From positions 6,696,001 to 6,760,000 of the forward strand of contig CM035354.1 in the NCBI GenBank assembly GCA_020137815.1: 64,000 nt of DNA. Direction: 5' to 3'. The translations under genes and the position numbers were made by a program. This document shows, one piece after another, positions 26,965 to 41,064 of the stretch. This DNA comes from Hormiphora californensis (taxonomy: Eukaryota > Animalia > Ctenophora). Position 1 is the stretch's first letter, and every line of letters begins with the position of its first letter. The notes under the pieces were generated by a model. It searched no databases. It was not told the DNA's origin and saw only the letters and a list, made by a program, of their open reading frames with translations.

Positions 26965-27477
26965 CTACTCAGGTAGTCCACCTAACTGATAGAATAGAAA
27001 AACAGGGTTAGTCAATAAGTCAAACAGACACCGCGTGCACCAATGTCGATTCAAATCAACCTAATGACCTAAAACTCGACCTTGAAAAGTGGTACCATCT
27101 CAATAGATCACCAGTCATTACTTACATTGATGTAGTCCATTTCTAGTTGGTCAATGAGTCGTCTCCTGTATCGGGCAGGCATGTCATCCAACACAACACG
27201 AGATCCACCGGACGAGGGTTCCACTTGCTATGGAGGGGGGGGGGTTAGATGGAAACTGGACCAATCAGTGATTGAATCACCAATCACAAGTACATAATAA
27301 TGATTGACTTGAAAGATCAAAATAAACTCCAGTCCTTACCGGTATAGAGGCGGCTGCAGCAGCGGGTATGTCAGGGAGGGGTGTAGGTTGGAAGGGTATC
27401 CGGGGAGGGAAGGTGATGAGGGGTCGATGTCCACCACTGACCACTGTGGCCACCGTCCTTCTAACTACCACGTTCAT
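26965..27477 (-). CDS. MRPS36: MRPS36/KGD4 (alpha-ketoglutarate dehydrogenase adaptor), 3 exons: 27477-27340, 27227-27126, 26985-26965
   Basis: Spliced product MNVVVRR..HRPLITFP...DDMPARYRRRLIDQLEMDYINLGGLPE* matches the family hallmarks HxPLIxFP and LPxRYRRxxxxxxEMxxIxxGG. All junctions are in frame with GT/AG. Confidence 0.85.
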
Positions 27478-27727
27478 ATCTTTTTCATAGACCAAGCTAG
27501 ATGGACGTTATATTTGATCAAAAGGGATGATAGAGGGGGATAGAATGGATGATAGAGGGGATGATAGACCGTCTGAGAAGGTGGAGAAAAGGGCATGGGG
27601 AGTAAAACACGATGTTTTGTGTGTAGAAAATTCTCAATATAAGGTGCAACCGAAAAACACAACTCGCAAACTAACTAAACATGATCAGGACGATAATAAG
27701 TTACATTTGAGTCTCTTCACTTCATAT

Positions 27728-28110
27728 TTATTTGAGGGGTCCGGTGGGGAGGGGGTGGTTGAACTTGGTGTTGTAGTAGGGGAGGTTCTTAGCGAACTTG
27801 CTGTAATCGAACAGCCAGAAGACAAACACAGTACCGGTCAAACCCCAGGTGGCCAGAGTTCCAATGCTGTAAAGAGAGATGGGATAATTAGAAACTAAAA
27901 CTAAACAGAGTAACCCAATTCTTGAACAAAACTCATGAACTCTTGTTCAAGGGGTTCGAATAAGAGGGTCGAACAAGAGGGTCGAACAAGGCAAGGAATT
28001 CGAGTGTTTTCCAACTAACAAATGCCTTACCTTTTGTAGTTCCTGGGAAGGGACCGTCCCATCAGGCTGAGGAGGGGCTTCTTGGGGGCGATAACACTTG
28101 AAGCAGGCAT
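27728..28110 (-). CDS. UQCR11: Cytochrome b-c1 complex subunit 10 (UQCR11/QCR10), 2 exons: 28110-28031, 27866-27728
   Basis: MPASSVIAPKKPLLSLMGRSLPRNYKSIGTLATWGLTGTVFVFWLFDYSKFAKNLPYYNTKF...*; the pattern TWG..G.V...W..D......PY.N.KF matches QCR10. Not in the ORF track because it is split by an intron. Confidence 0.8.
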
Positions 28111-28312
28111 GGCTATATAGAGATAAGTTGGGTTAGTGGACAAGATAGGAGGAGGAGACAAGAGAGGAGGAGGTATCTTGGTCAAAAATAGGCTAAAAAC
28201 CGGACAAAAAATAAATAGCTAAAAGCACCACAAAATTACAAACCAACCGAACCAAACCCACACACACACAGCACACACAGCACACAATATATAATATTAC
28301 TCTGCACCCACG

Positions 28313-31300
28313 CTACGACAATATCTCGGTGATCTGTTCAGTTATAGATTTATCAATTCCCTCTGAGAGTTTGTAAAATGCTTCCAACCCTATCGATTGC
28401 TGCAGTTCTGCAACTCTCGATCGCACAAAGACAAGAATATCAACTTTAGATGTCACATCAGCTTCTGTTAGCGCTTTCCGGCGTTGGTAGTCCTGTGTTT
28501 CTTCTGAAAATATAATGGTTAGAAGGGTTACCATTGTGTTAACTCTAGTTACCCTTGGTTACCATGACAACTGGGACTGTTAGCCCTGGTTACCATGACA
28601 ACTGGGACTGTTACCCTTGGTTACCATGACAACTGGGACTGTTACCCTTGGTTACCATGACAACTTACCCATGAGATAATCACTTTCAGTCTTTAATTTC
28701 CTCATCAAGCAATCGTATTTGTTTCCCTCATCATCTGTCTCAGAACACTTCCTTACCGCCGTGGCCATAACTCTGATGATGTCTCTGAATGGAAAGTGCG
28801 GCTGTTTTCAGAGAAATTTCATAAATTTCGAGATGCGCCACCATTTGTCATCACAACCCCCACCCTCCCAGGAAAGGGACACCCCTTTAAACTCACCCAA
28901 AGAAGTATTTGGCTAGTTCGGTATTGCTGGCGGCGAGAGTTAACAGTGCTAACAAGGATAACTTGTGGTGTTCCATTCGGAAAAAGTGGACAGTGTGGTC
29001 TAACCATTTCTGATAAAAGGGAGCCAGATATTACATGTCTGTTGGAATTTGGAGTTTGGACACACGATAATGGTGGCAGGATTCTGTACCCCATGGTTTT
29101 TATTCATTGCCATGTTTGGGAACCCACTTTGCGACTAACCATGTGCCGAACTTCATAACAGTTCACCTAGATTTTCTATCACCGCTCTTACCTGAACGAT
29201 GGTCTTGAGGAGGTTTGGATCGTTGAATGAACCCACAATTTGTGTAAACAGTGGCAGATCCAGAATTATCAGGTAGGAAATGACGAAAATGTTGTTCGAA
29301 AATACCTGAGGGGGGATTCTGTAGTCCTCTACCTAGCCCACGAACAATTGCAATTTACGTAATGTAAGTGACATAAGAGAGTAAAACAAGGATAATCAAC
29401 ACTGAGGGACGAGTACACCTACTTTTGAGAGGCTATCAGGGAATCTGGTATCTCTGGGAGGTATCTCCCGTACCTTAGTGTAGTCAGCAGTCTCAGTGTC
29501 CCTGCAACTGTTTATCACAATATGGAACATCCCTTGGAACTCAGTCAGCCAGCTCTTGGCAGGGACAGTTTTTAGGAGGGTTAGAAAGATGTTGGTGATG
29601 AGGACCCGGGCCTCCCCTGATACATCTGGGTAGAGTCTGCAGCAGGCACTTAACAAGGCACTACCAAACCTCTGAAATTTAGTAGTGTTAGAATTGTGTT
29701 AGACATGTAAGGAATGTAAACTATATCTACTGCTGATCTCCTTTTAGTGATAAGTAACCCTTCACCCCCCTCCCCCCGAGTTGTTAATGAACTCACAGTG
29801 GTAACAGCAGGTGGATCAAGTAAAATAGTAGCCTCCACAATATGAAGGGTAGTCTTGAGACTCTCACTCCCCAACTGCAGCAACTTATCCAGCCCCTCTA
29901 GGAGGTCTATCAGGTGTGGTGTTGTGCAGGGGGCATTCTCTACTAGAGTCAGCCAGAGTGTTAGACCATCTTCTAGAAGTATCATCTCTGGGTCCTGATT
30001 GAAAAATGGAAACTTTTTAATTCTCGGTTCAAACTCTCAAATTCTCACCCCTCCCCTCCTGGTAGAGCGGTTATAAACCACCAAATCTCATCCTCCACTC
30101 CCCCCCCAAGGTAATTCTCTCGTGTCCATACCTTAGTCATCACATACACCAGTACTGGCTCAGTAAAGGGGTACAACTTGACACTATCCTCCAGGAGACA
30201 CCGACTGAGTTTATTGGCGGTAAGGAGAAGCTGTGTTTGGAGCATGACATGGTCCTCTGCAACGGTCCACAGGCCAGGTAACCACTCTATAAGGGGCCCT
30301 ACAAACCCTTTTATCTGTGGAAAGAGGGGGAGGCTAAGAAATGTAAAACTGCGTTATCGGTTAAATTATGCTATTGATAAATTTTGGCTAGCTACGGGGC
30401 ATCTCAGTCAATAATAATAACTCACATGTTTGCTGCATCCGACAATGATTGAATTCAGCACACCCAGAATCCTCACCCTTGTCTCACACTCCTGGACACT
30501 CATCAACAGATCGTATAACCTCTCCACCGCCCCCTTCAGATAACCACTAAAACTACTGGGATAAAATGCAAAATCCCCCACGGCCGCTTCCAGGGCACTG
30601 GCAGCTGTCAGCCTGACCACCAGATCATGTGACCTGCTCATGTGGTCAATACACAGCTCGTACACAGCGGGGTGGCGATCTTGACAGAGTTTGATGGTAA
30701 CCCACCGACCTATAACCTCCAAAATCCGCCGCTTTAAAATGGTACAAAAGGGCCCCTCCTGTTTCAATTCACTTTGAAGTGTGGTAAACCAGGTCTCTAT
30801 GTCCAAATAATCAAATAAATCGTAGGAGCAGACCACAGTGACTGAGTAAACAGAATCAATCATGAGAACCGTCACCAAGTTTGATCGATCATGTTTTGAG
30901 CACTCCGTAACCAGGGTAACGATATAAGGACAGACAATGTCCTGGAATGTGGCGGTGAGGTTTAGTAGAAAGTGCTCCGAAGCAGCTTTAACTGAGAACA
31001 GCTCCACGTGACGTGTCTCCTCGAAGGAAAACTCTTCAGGACATTCCTGCCAGTCTTGAAGTTCCACGGGTGTTAGTTTGAGGTTGTGCGAGATACACCT
31101 ATCTGTCATGGTGTGAAGGCGCTCCTCGCTGAAAAATGTATTCCGGGTGTTCATCAGACCTATTTCCTCCTGACCAACATCCACACCCTTGTTGCTGAGT
31201 TTAAACACATCATACGTTTCATTACTGACTATATCACTGAGAAGGTGAAGGCTCTGAGAGACCAGATCTGTGTGCAGGTGATCACCATGAACAAAAGATA

Positions 31301-32931
31301 TCTGATAGGCAAACTCAAGCACAGGCTCGAGGTAGCGCCCAAAAAACCGAGGGTGTTTCTCTTGCACATTGTTCAGGAGTCGGACCATGACCTTCAAATA
31401 CTTGTCATAGACTTGTGATAGTTGGGGGTCAGCAGCGAGTGTTAAGCGGTGCTCTAGTTGGGGTGTTGCTAGTTTTATTATCTCCTCTAGACACCCCCCT
31501 GCCTGGGTGATGTCTTCAAATCCATATGTTAGGAAGGAGCGGAGCAGTTTGAGGGAGGTGAGACAGTGGTGGAGGAGGGGAAGTGAGGGGGCTCTTTGGA
31601 GGTGGCCAAGGTAGGTCTGCCAGAGAGTTCCAATGAGAGGGAACACTTGCTGCGTCGTCTAAAAAGGAAACTGTGTCAATTATAGAGTGTCGAGATTGGG
31701 AAAGCTTTCAAAAGTTGTCTTAAAATCAGGGAGAGTGAACATGTACCAAATCAGCCCTATACGGGCACGTACGGGATCTAGCCCAAGAGGCTATTCCCCG
31801 AAATCGGGATACCGTGTTTGTATTTGTTAGGGCTGGACCCGAACGAATACAAACAAAGATTTTTTGGGAGGGAAAACAATTTATTTCTGGGTACTCACTT
31901 CTCTGAAGTTCTTTTTATCGGCCATGAGACGCTTACTACTCAACTCCTTTAGAACCTTGTACAGTATTATCAGTGATCGGAGTTTAGTCTCCTCTGATTC
32001 CGAGCTGTTTAGAACCTGTCGATATAAATGGGTTGAATAACAAAGCGAATAAGAGTTAGGAGGGTGCTTTGTAGGCTACTTTCTTCTAGAGACCTGAAAA
32101 ACTATATGAATTTGACAGCTACTAATCGATGTACCACTTACCCCAACAAGAGAAGGAGTAAGGTCGGGCCACAATTTAGGGTAATCATATCGGGCTATTT
32201 TGGTGGCGGCCACAATTAGCTGCTCAAATACCATCTTCTCCTCGACGAGATGAACCTTCTGCAGCACCTCCTTTATCTTCGTCTTATCTTCTTTACACAA
32301 CGAACTGCAGGGATTACACTTTGATTAAACTAGTGGTCCCGGCCATTACAATTGCTCGTTTGCTCAAGCGACGGACACATGTTTGAAGGTTAAGGGCTGG
32401 CTAACATGGAGGGGGGGGTCACATCACATCACATGATGAGAGGGGTGTTTGGGTCTGCACTGGGGGCAGAAGTACGTACTTGGAAGAGAGTGATCTCCAG
32501 AACTTAGTCACGCCATTCTTCAGGCAAATAGCGGACATCCGCCGGACATCCAAAGGGAAGGTTACCGTAACTGATATTTCCTGTAGGGTGGGGGTAGATA
32601 TATTAGAAACCTGCATAGTCCTTTATCAAGACCATACTACAAGACAATCGTTCTAAACACGATGTGTTTTAGGGAAGTTTGGATCAGGCATCCTCACCCT
32701 GATCTAAAGGTGGATGCCCGAGCCAAACTGCTCCGTTACGGATCCTCCCAGAATTTGAAGAATACAACGACTTACTGCTAGAATGGGGAAGAAGTTTCGC
32801 TGTGTTTCAAGCTGTTGTATCAGTTGTTCGGCCTGTTTAAAACGGGAATACTCGGGTGATATTGCAGCCATGAGGGCTTCAGAGCAGGCCTCGAGGGAGC
32901 AATGCTGTACAGACCCATCACCGTCCTCCAT
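28313..32931 (-). CDS. IPO11: Importin-11 (importin-beta family), multi-exon
   Basis: IBN_N-like FKQAEQLIQQLE..VRRMSAICLKNGVTKFWR; KIARYDYPKLWPDL; ILKRRILEVIGRWV; DLVVRLTAASAL; LLEDGLTLWLTLVEN. Confidence 0.88.
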
Positions 32932-33187
32932 ATGGTAGAGCTATGTGAGAGAGATGGGGAATTGTACGGAAAGTGGGGAGGGGGGTTAGAGAGTAGAGGG
33001 GAGCGAGGGGCGGAAGGGAGAGAGGTTTGAACAACCTTCTATTGCACTCTCGGAAATTAGGCAGGGAGACAGGGAATAATGACTGCAAACAACCCAGTTA
33101 GTAATGTGATAAAAGTCAGTTTATTAATAAAATATCAAGTAGGAGCTCAGCTCTTCGGATAAAAAAGAACAGGTCTAGTATAACAGC

Positions 33188-36100
33188 TTAACGTCTTCTT
33201 CTACTCTTCACCTCTTCCTCTGACGGAGATCTTCTCGACCTCTCTTCTCGTCTCTTCTTTTTCTCAGCAGGAGGGGAATCTCGCCTCCTTCTCTCGGCAG
33301 GCGGTGAACCCTCAGACGAAGATTTTACTTCTCGTTTTTTCTTTTTCTGAGCAGGCAGAGACTCTCGCTTCCTTCTCTCAACAGGCGGTGAATCTTCAGA
33401 CGGCGACCTCCTAGATCTTTCTTCTCGCCTCTTTTTCTCGGGTTTAGGGGACTCTCGCCTCTTTCTCTCGGCAGGAGGCGACTCTCGTCTCCTTCTCTCA
33501 GCAGGAGGGGAGTCTCGTCTCCTTCTCTCAGCAGGAGGGGAGTCTCGTCTCCTTCTCTCATCAAGAGGGGACTCTCTGGCGCGTCTGTCTTTCTTAGCCG
33601 GAGGACTGTCTCGATCTCTCTTTCGGTCCTCTCTTCGGTCATCCCTACTCCGTTCTCTCCTAGAATCATCTCGTCTATCATTTCTTCGGTTCTCCTTCGC
33701 TGGGGACTCATCCCCTCTTCTCCTGTCTGACCTATCATCATCCCCTCTTCTCCTCTCTGATCGTTCCTCCTCCCCTCTTCTCCGCTCTGGTCTCTCATCA
33801 TCCCCTCTTCTCCTGTCCGATCGTTCCTCCTCCCCTCTTCTCCTATCTGGTCTCTCCTCCTCTTCTGGTTTAGCACTGTAGTCTACCATCATGTTGACGG
33901 GTCGTCTCCGGCCTCTCATGTCAACTGGAGGAGGAGGTGGAGTGGGTAACCTCTCCTCCTTTTTCTTGGATAGTTTCTTCTTTTTAGATGCCTTCTCTTC
34001 ATCATCTGTAAAAGTGGGCAAGGATAAAAAAAAAACAAGATTTTAATCTTTACTAGTTGGGGGGTTTGGTGTGGTTCCTTGGGGTTGGTCTGGCAGCATG
34101 GTACATGTAATCAACTAAATGCTGCATGGAAGCTCTAACACAATACTAACCTGATGATGAGTCGCTAGATGAGTCACTAGAATCACTAGAGGAAGAGTCG
34201 TCAGAGCCCGACGAAGAGGAAGACCCGCTACCCAAACCTTCCAGGGTGGGAACTGGGACTGGAGCTGTCTTGAGCCATTCTCGGAGGTCCTCAGTGAGAT
34301 ATCCGAGGCCAATTGCAGTAAAGTAGTTGATGGAGAACCTGATAGTAAAGGAATTATAAATAACATTTCTCTAGCTAAGCGATGTAGTAAATATCGGAAT
34401 GCTAGCCGCTAAACCGAGCGACATACAATATATATGCTGAGTTGGCGGAGGGGAGGGGCCATGGCCGGCCAGGGGGTAATAATTACCTCGTATTTCGTGG
34501 ATCGTCTCTGGGGAAGAGACCTTCAAAGCAGACCTGCATGGTGGCATCCGCAAACCTAGTCTTCATCTTCTTCTCGCCCATCTGGCTGGCAATCTCTTGT
34601 AGGAGAATCTTTATAAACACTCGACTGAAGAGATAATGTATTGTTTCAGTAAGGCGCCAGCAAGATAAACCTGTTTGTGGGGGTAAACCCGCAGTACTAC
34701 ATAGATGTAGTAGATCTATCTTAGCAACATGGTATGTCTCTGAGAAGGGGCAACTAAGCTACCAACTGTTTAGTGGTAAACTGACCTAGAGGAGGTTGTT
34801 TCGTTTTCCGTGAGTCTGATGATAGAAAACACTGTCCAGGGGAGAGCATCAGTATAGAGCATGTGGGCATAACAGCAGGCAACATTTCGTAGCTTTGTAG
34901 TTTCCAATCGGTGGATTTGCTCAAATTGATCCTAAAACAAATGCGATCGTGTTTAATCGGAAGATAGTTTATCAAATTAATTAACTAGTAAACTAAATTA
35001 ATGAGCAGGTTAATTAAATTAATTAAGTCTATTAATTCACCTGGAAAACTTCAACAAACATGGGAATGTATTCCTTCTTCAGTCGACAGTACCTCTCTCC
35101 TAACAAACCGTAAAACTTGTTATAACTACGCTCCTGGAGAACAAATCACCATGTTAGGAGATTACAGTTTGGTAACGGAGAGTAGATAGATGGTTAAATA
35201 CTCCAAGTATTCCAAACTGTAGGAAGGGGGTTGCCATGGTACCATTTCTATATATAGATAGATAGATAGATGGTACCATTTGTCACCATGGCGACCTCCA
35301 AACTCTATGTTACCTGAGAGCAGCACTCGATAATCAGTTCCACAAGGATCTTCTCCTGGCCCTGTTTGAACTGCAACTTGCCCAACTTGTGAATACACTC
35401 TTCAAATGTCAGGGAACTCTAGGCAAGGGAGGGGGAGATGTTAACAGACTATCTGGAATTAAAGTGGGAACCCTGGAAACTAAGAAGAAGGGAGGTGAGA
35501 AGTAAGTGGTTAAGATCTCTGGAAGGACAAGTTAGCTCAAGATGACCTGACAGATCAGTAGTTCACTAGATGTGGGCCCATAGATGTATAGTACCTGTAT
35601 GGTAAGGTATATGGTTCTCCGTATAGCCTGCATGTTTGCCCCTGTTGCATCTGTAATCTCCATTGCATTACTTGCTTCTTCATCTTCGTCATCATCATCA
35701 TCATCATCATCGTCGTCATCATCACCATCTTCACTATCAGAGCCAAGGATTTCATTCCTGAGGGGAGAGAGAGGATGTTGTCATACCAAGGTAATTAGGG
35801 ATAATTAATTGATAAGAACAATCAGTTGAATTCCTTACTTGATAAGAGCATATTTAGCCTCACTCTCCGCGTAATCAGGATCCAACTTGAACACATTGAG
35901 TATCTCCAACCCCTTGACCTTATCATCCAGAGTCTTGAGATGAGTTATCTGGTCCTCTTCCTCCACCAACTCCAACCCCGGACCAAATGTTGGGTGATCC
36001 TTGAACTTTGTCCTTCCTCACAGGCAAACATCACCTCTATCATGTACTTCACCCTGATGTTCAGGTCACCCTCCTGGAGTAGTGACCTGAGTCGATCAAA

Positions 36101-38762
36101 TATGCCATGCATGGCCCGGGGGGAGAGATCATCTAACCGCTGTCCAACCTCCTTCAGCAGAGCTATTGTCAACTTCCACGCTGTCAGGTGTGGCCTTCTC
36201 TAATAGCAGAGTAAGGACCTCCAAAACTAGGATCTCGTTAGCGACTTGTTGGTTCACTAAATGTCCAATAAACATAACGGTGCTCTGACAGATAGCCTTC
36301 TGGTTCCGGAGATAGGACCGTTTGAACTGTAAAATCAGCCTATCCAGCAAGAGATCTCCTATATCAGGAAACTTGGTGTTTATCACCGCCACCATCGCTG
36401 CGTAGACGTTAGTAAAGGGTGTGGCTTGGGTCTGGGCGGTCATGATGCTTCTTACAAATAACCCCTTACCCCTGACCAAGTTCTCCCCAAACAGTTCCAC
36501 GACGATCTCTTTGATATTTTCAGTGTTCACCTTGTTCACTAAACCATTCAGGGACTTCTTGAGTGCAGTCCATGTTAGCCTCTGATAGGGTTCGGAGGTT
36601 TTGTCCTCGATCGCAGCCTGCATGGCACGGAGTTTGTGAGGTGGCATGTATGCTCCACCAGATTTCATCGCATTTGGATTGTCCTCGGGTTTTGGCTTTT
36701 TAGGTAGCATCTGATCCTTTTTCTTCTCACTCTCTTGATCCGCCTTATCTTCATCCCCTCTATCACGACGGTTCCGGAATCTATGCTCTGGCCTCCTGTC
36801 TCCTCCACGGTCACCTCTATCACCACCTCTATCACCTCGATCACCCCTATCACCACGGTCTCTGTCTCTCCGTCGCTCCTCTCTAAACCTCCGTTCACCA
36901 CCTCGCTGTCTTTCTCCACTTCTATCCCGCCTGTTCCGACCTCTATCCCTGCTTCGATCACGCCTCCCTCTGCTTCTATCTCTACTCCTGTTCCTCTCCT
37001 TACTCCTGTTCCTGTCCCTACTCCCACTCCTATCCCTGTTTCTATCCTTGCTGCTCCGTTCCTTACTACTGCTCCTTTTCACCTCCCCCAAGCGGTTGTG
37101 CACTGGTTCTCTCTCTGGGGAGTCCTCCTTAAACCATCCTTCCTGTTTCTCACCTGCATCTTTCCTGTAAAAAGAGAGTGTTTTAGCGGAAACATATGTT
37201 CAAATCTTCAACTGAACTATGTACATAGATAGACTCGATAAATAATTTTAGGGCAAGTATTATCCTTGCAGGGAATGTGTTGACCACCAACCTGTCAGGA
37301 GAGATTCTGTCCTCTGTGTACACGTCCGGTTGATCTACATCGTCCCCACCACGATCTTTCTCATCATTATCACTAAAGAGAGTTTGAAGATTAGTCGAGA
37401 TCTAACCATCATACTGCTTGATAATTAAAATTGGTTTGTTGTCAAAATCAAACCTGTGAGCGCCTTCAATCCTGTCTTCTGTGTATGGTTTTAGAGGCTC
37501 TACCTCTGGAGTTCGAGATCTTATCTCGTCTTCTGGGGAATGTGCTGGGCTCCTGAAAGATGCTTAAATTAGTCTCTTATACAAATTGGTTGTAAACGTT
37601 TGTACACGTTTCAGTTTGCTCCTATCATGGTATGTCAACAGTAAGGCTATCGAAAGGTACCCTAATCGTTTCCTCCAAGCAGGGAACTTACGAGCGATGC
37701 TTCCAAGTTCAGAACTTGTTAAGAATCAGTTTCTCCCAGCCTTACAACAATCACTAAACACCTTACCGGATGTGATCAACTTAAGGGCTTGATAGGCCAC
37801 ACAAACAAGGGAGGGGTGAAGTTTTGTAGGTGTCACGTACTTTACAGAACTATCGGAGCTCCCCTTCTTCTTTCTCTTCCTCTCATCCTCCCCTTCTGAA
37901 TCATGTTCTGGAAAGGTAATAATGACATAAAAGTCAGTCAGTGCTGACGAGTACATATATCGCACTGGGAGGACCTCGACTGATAAATATAGTGGATGGT
38001 ACCTTGCTATGCAGCAAAACCACCTTATCTCTTTCAGTTTTCACTGAGAGTGAAGGATTTGAAACAACTACTTTACCTTCATTTGCGGAACGTTTCTTGG
38101 TGGTGGCACGTTTAGAAGCGAACCATGAGAGATCATCCTCTGTGGGTTGAATCTTTACTGTCCCTTCATCGTCACTAAGTTGGGAGTAATCATTACCAAC
38201 TTGCTAAGTGATCATGGATAGAATACTTTTGCAATCGGATAGAATACTTTTGCAATCGGGGTCAATTTTATACTTGATTTTTATACCTTATTTCACGATG
38301 AACAAAACTTGAACCGGCTTCTTCGCTCTTATCCCTCGTTGGGGTTTCAGCAGCCTTCCTTGGAGGGGTCATTGCACCCTTTCTTGGAGGTGTATCTCGC
38401 TCTGAGGAAGAAGAAGAGGCTCTTCCCTTCCTAGACTTCTCCACATCTTCGGATGAAGCTGAGTCATGCCGCCTCCTATCCTTTCTTTTCGTTTCCCTCT
38501 TTGTTTTTGAGGAACTAGCCCCCGGGGACTTCCTGTCAGAGTCTCCAGATGAATCGTGTCGTTTTCTGGGTTTGGGGGAGTCTCGGCGAGCTCTGTTATC
38601 CTCGCCAGATGAATCATGAGGGGCACGTGGCTCTGGGGAGGAGTCATGACGTCGTCCTTTCTCTGGTGAGGAATCATGACGTCGCCCTTTCTCTGGGGAG
38701 GAGGAATCGTGGCGTTGTCTTTGCCGCGATGGAGAGCTGTCTGAACTACTACTTCGAGCCAT
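33188..38762 (-). CDS. CWC22: Pre-mRNA splicing factor CWC22 with long RS/RD low-complexity termini, multi-exon
   Basis: [48 protein letters not shown] (MIF4G); [11 protein letters not shown]; [12 protein letters not shown]; [13 protein letters not shown]; INYYTSIGLAGLTEDLRE. Confidence 0.93.
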
Positions 38763-39220
38763 GATGAGGCTATAAAAAGAATTGGTTAGTTTGGTGAGGA
38801 GAGAAAAGTGGGGGGAGGAACTACAACTTTTAAAACAAAATACTTACATTAGTGTTGGTATAATTCGCAATGTATAAAAAATATTAATAACGGATTAAAT
38901 AACGTTCTTACTTCTTACTTATACACAAACAAACGATAAATAATTAACTTTCTAATGTAACAAATCTTTTAAGTGACAAACCCCGAACACCAAAAAAATC
39001 CCACACAAACCGATTGTATCTATACTTTTGAAACGAAAAACATCTTCTTTATATTACCGCATTTTCTCTACTTACAGATGTATTTGAGTGTTTTATATAA
39101 GTTGATCCGACCCAGCGGAATAAAACATGTGGGAGGGTTAAAAGAAGGTGAATCGTGAACCAGATTACTCCCATTTCTCAACAACCCAGAGATACAAAAG
39201 CTCCTAAACAGTCTCGCGAT

Positions 39221-40901
39221 TTACATGTTCCAAACAGTCCTCCGTAGGTAGTCCAAGATTCCAATGGCCAGGATGGTGACAAGGCTCAGCTGAAGTGAAT
39301 ACAGACTGATAAACCCATAGGAGATATCAGTACAAATCTCCTCAAAATTACAACTCTCCGGAGGAAAGGCTTTCACCAAGGTTTCTAGTTTGCAAGGAGA
39401 GGGGCAGGAAGGTAATTCCACCTTGTTTTCATTCAGGAACGCCTCAATGAACCGACCTTTCTCGCCAGCACACTCTGACGCAACGAGGAAGAAATTCCCA
39501 CCGAGGGGTGTGAGATCACCGAAGAACTCCCGGGTCCTCAGAGCGGATTTGGGCCTAATGCCCTGGGTGATGAACCCAATCTTAGCAAGGAGGGGGAATA
39601 TGGTTTCAGTGTGGGCGAACTTCAGACTAGCCCCGGTCCCAGATTGGAGGAATTCCAGTCCATCCTGGAGCAGGACACAACTGGCATCCACCGCTTCAGG
39701 CATCATCTTACCAGCCCACCGGAGGAGGTCAAGGTAGAACGCGGTGACGTATAGATCGTCAGGAGAGGTGAACACGTCACAGAAGTGGGAGTGGGAGTGA
39801 AGACGGGGGACTGCTTTTTCTAAAGCACAGATAATGTGAAGGGTAACCATATCATATCCAGTCAGATCAACACCCAACTTTTCCTCCATTCTCCTCCTCA
39901 GATTCCGCATCTGTTTGTGGTTTAACCACTCATTAGGCTCCTTCTGCCACACCATCTTCGTGTTCTCCTTCTTCACGTAGTTCTGGCAGTCCTTGTAGTA
40001 GCGGGTCAAGTGGTTATCCAGGTGGTTAAACCGTAACACCGGGTATGATTCATCGTTTGATAAAGGCGCATAAACACCGCACATGTGCCCGCAGTCTCTC
40101 TTTATGTCTTTTGTCGTGTGTTCGATTGTCGTGCCGTTCTCGAGCCGGAAGGTGTTCCCAAATACTCCGGAAAGGAAGGAGAGACCTGAGCTGATACAGC
40201 GGCCCTTGTAGGAGCTACCTACTTGGACAGTAGAGGCAGAGGAGAGGAGGTCAGGGAATGCATTTTTAAATCGGATCCCCTGTGAGTGGAGCTCTTCATA
40301 CCCCTCTAACACTAGGTCCTTGTTTCGCTTGTGATGGTGAACGAAATCTAGAGAGAGAATATACGTTAGAGGATTAGGAGCAGGAAAGTACGAGGGAACA
40401 TCGTAATTGATTAGATTCTGGGTACTGAAATCAAATGTTTAGTACCAATCAGCCTACCATAAATCCACTCAAGATTAGGGTTGGGGTGTTTCTTAAAATG
40501 TGCACGGAGTGCCTTTACCAGAAGATCTATCCTGTTTATCACTTTCTTTCCTATGTTCCTGGTACCATGGCGATGTACACTGAAATAACGAGGGGAGATG
40601 ATTAATTGCAACTTTGGTAAGCATTCAAAAGATAAAAATCTGGAGACTTGTCAAGCGACTTAGCTTGGGGGTTGCCAATTATTAAATGCCCCGAATTTAA
40701 AAAATCATTATTTCCAAGGATGGCCCCAATAATCTACTGCACGTACCTATAGAGTGCCACTGGTTTACATTCGAACTTGTGTGTGGTAATATCCCCAGCC
40801 ACCACACTATACCGTGCCTTGCTGCCCCATGGGGTGTGTTCAGCACTATCCTCTGCCGCTACTGCTGTGAGGGCGGGGAGAAGTAGGAGTAGAATCATCA
40901 T
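39221..40901 (-). CDS. MINPP1: Multiple inositol polyphosphate phosphatase (histidine acid phosphatase), signal peptide plus C-terminal hydrophobic anchor, 3 exons
   Basis: Signal peptide MMILLLLLPALTAVAA; catalytic RHGTR; RCISSG..F; FAHTETIFPLLAKIG (HAE-type proton-donor motif); FLNENKV..C..C. Confidence 0.8.
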
Positions 40902-41064
40902 CACGTGGGAGACATGGGAGCTATAATTGGATGTAGGAGTATTAGAAACCTAGGAAGGAGAGGAAGATAAGACACAAATGATTTCAGCCCAATTTAACCC
41001 ATTATATCAATGTACAGAAATAAAGAAGAAAAACATACAAACAATCTCTCACACATTATATGCA

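Noticed and set aside
33325-37232. Long alternative-frame and antisense ORFs over CWC22, BLM and SFXN
   Set aside because: Shadows of low-complexity or codon-biased real exons.
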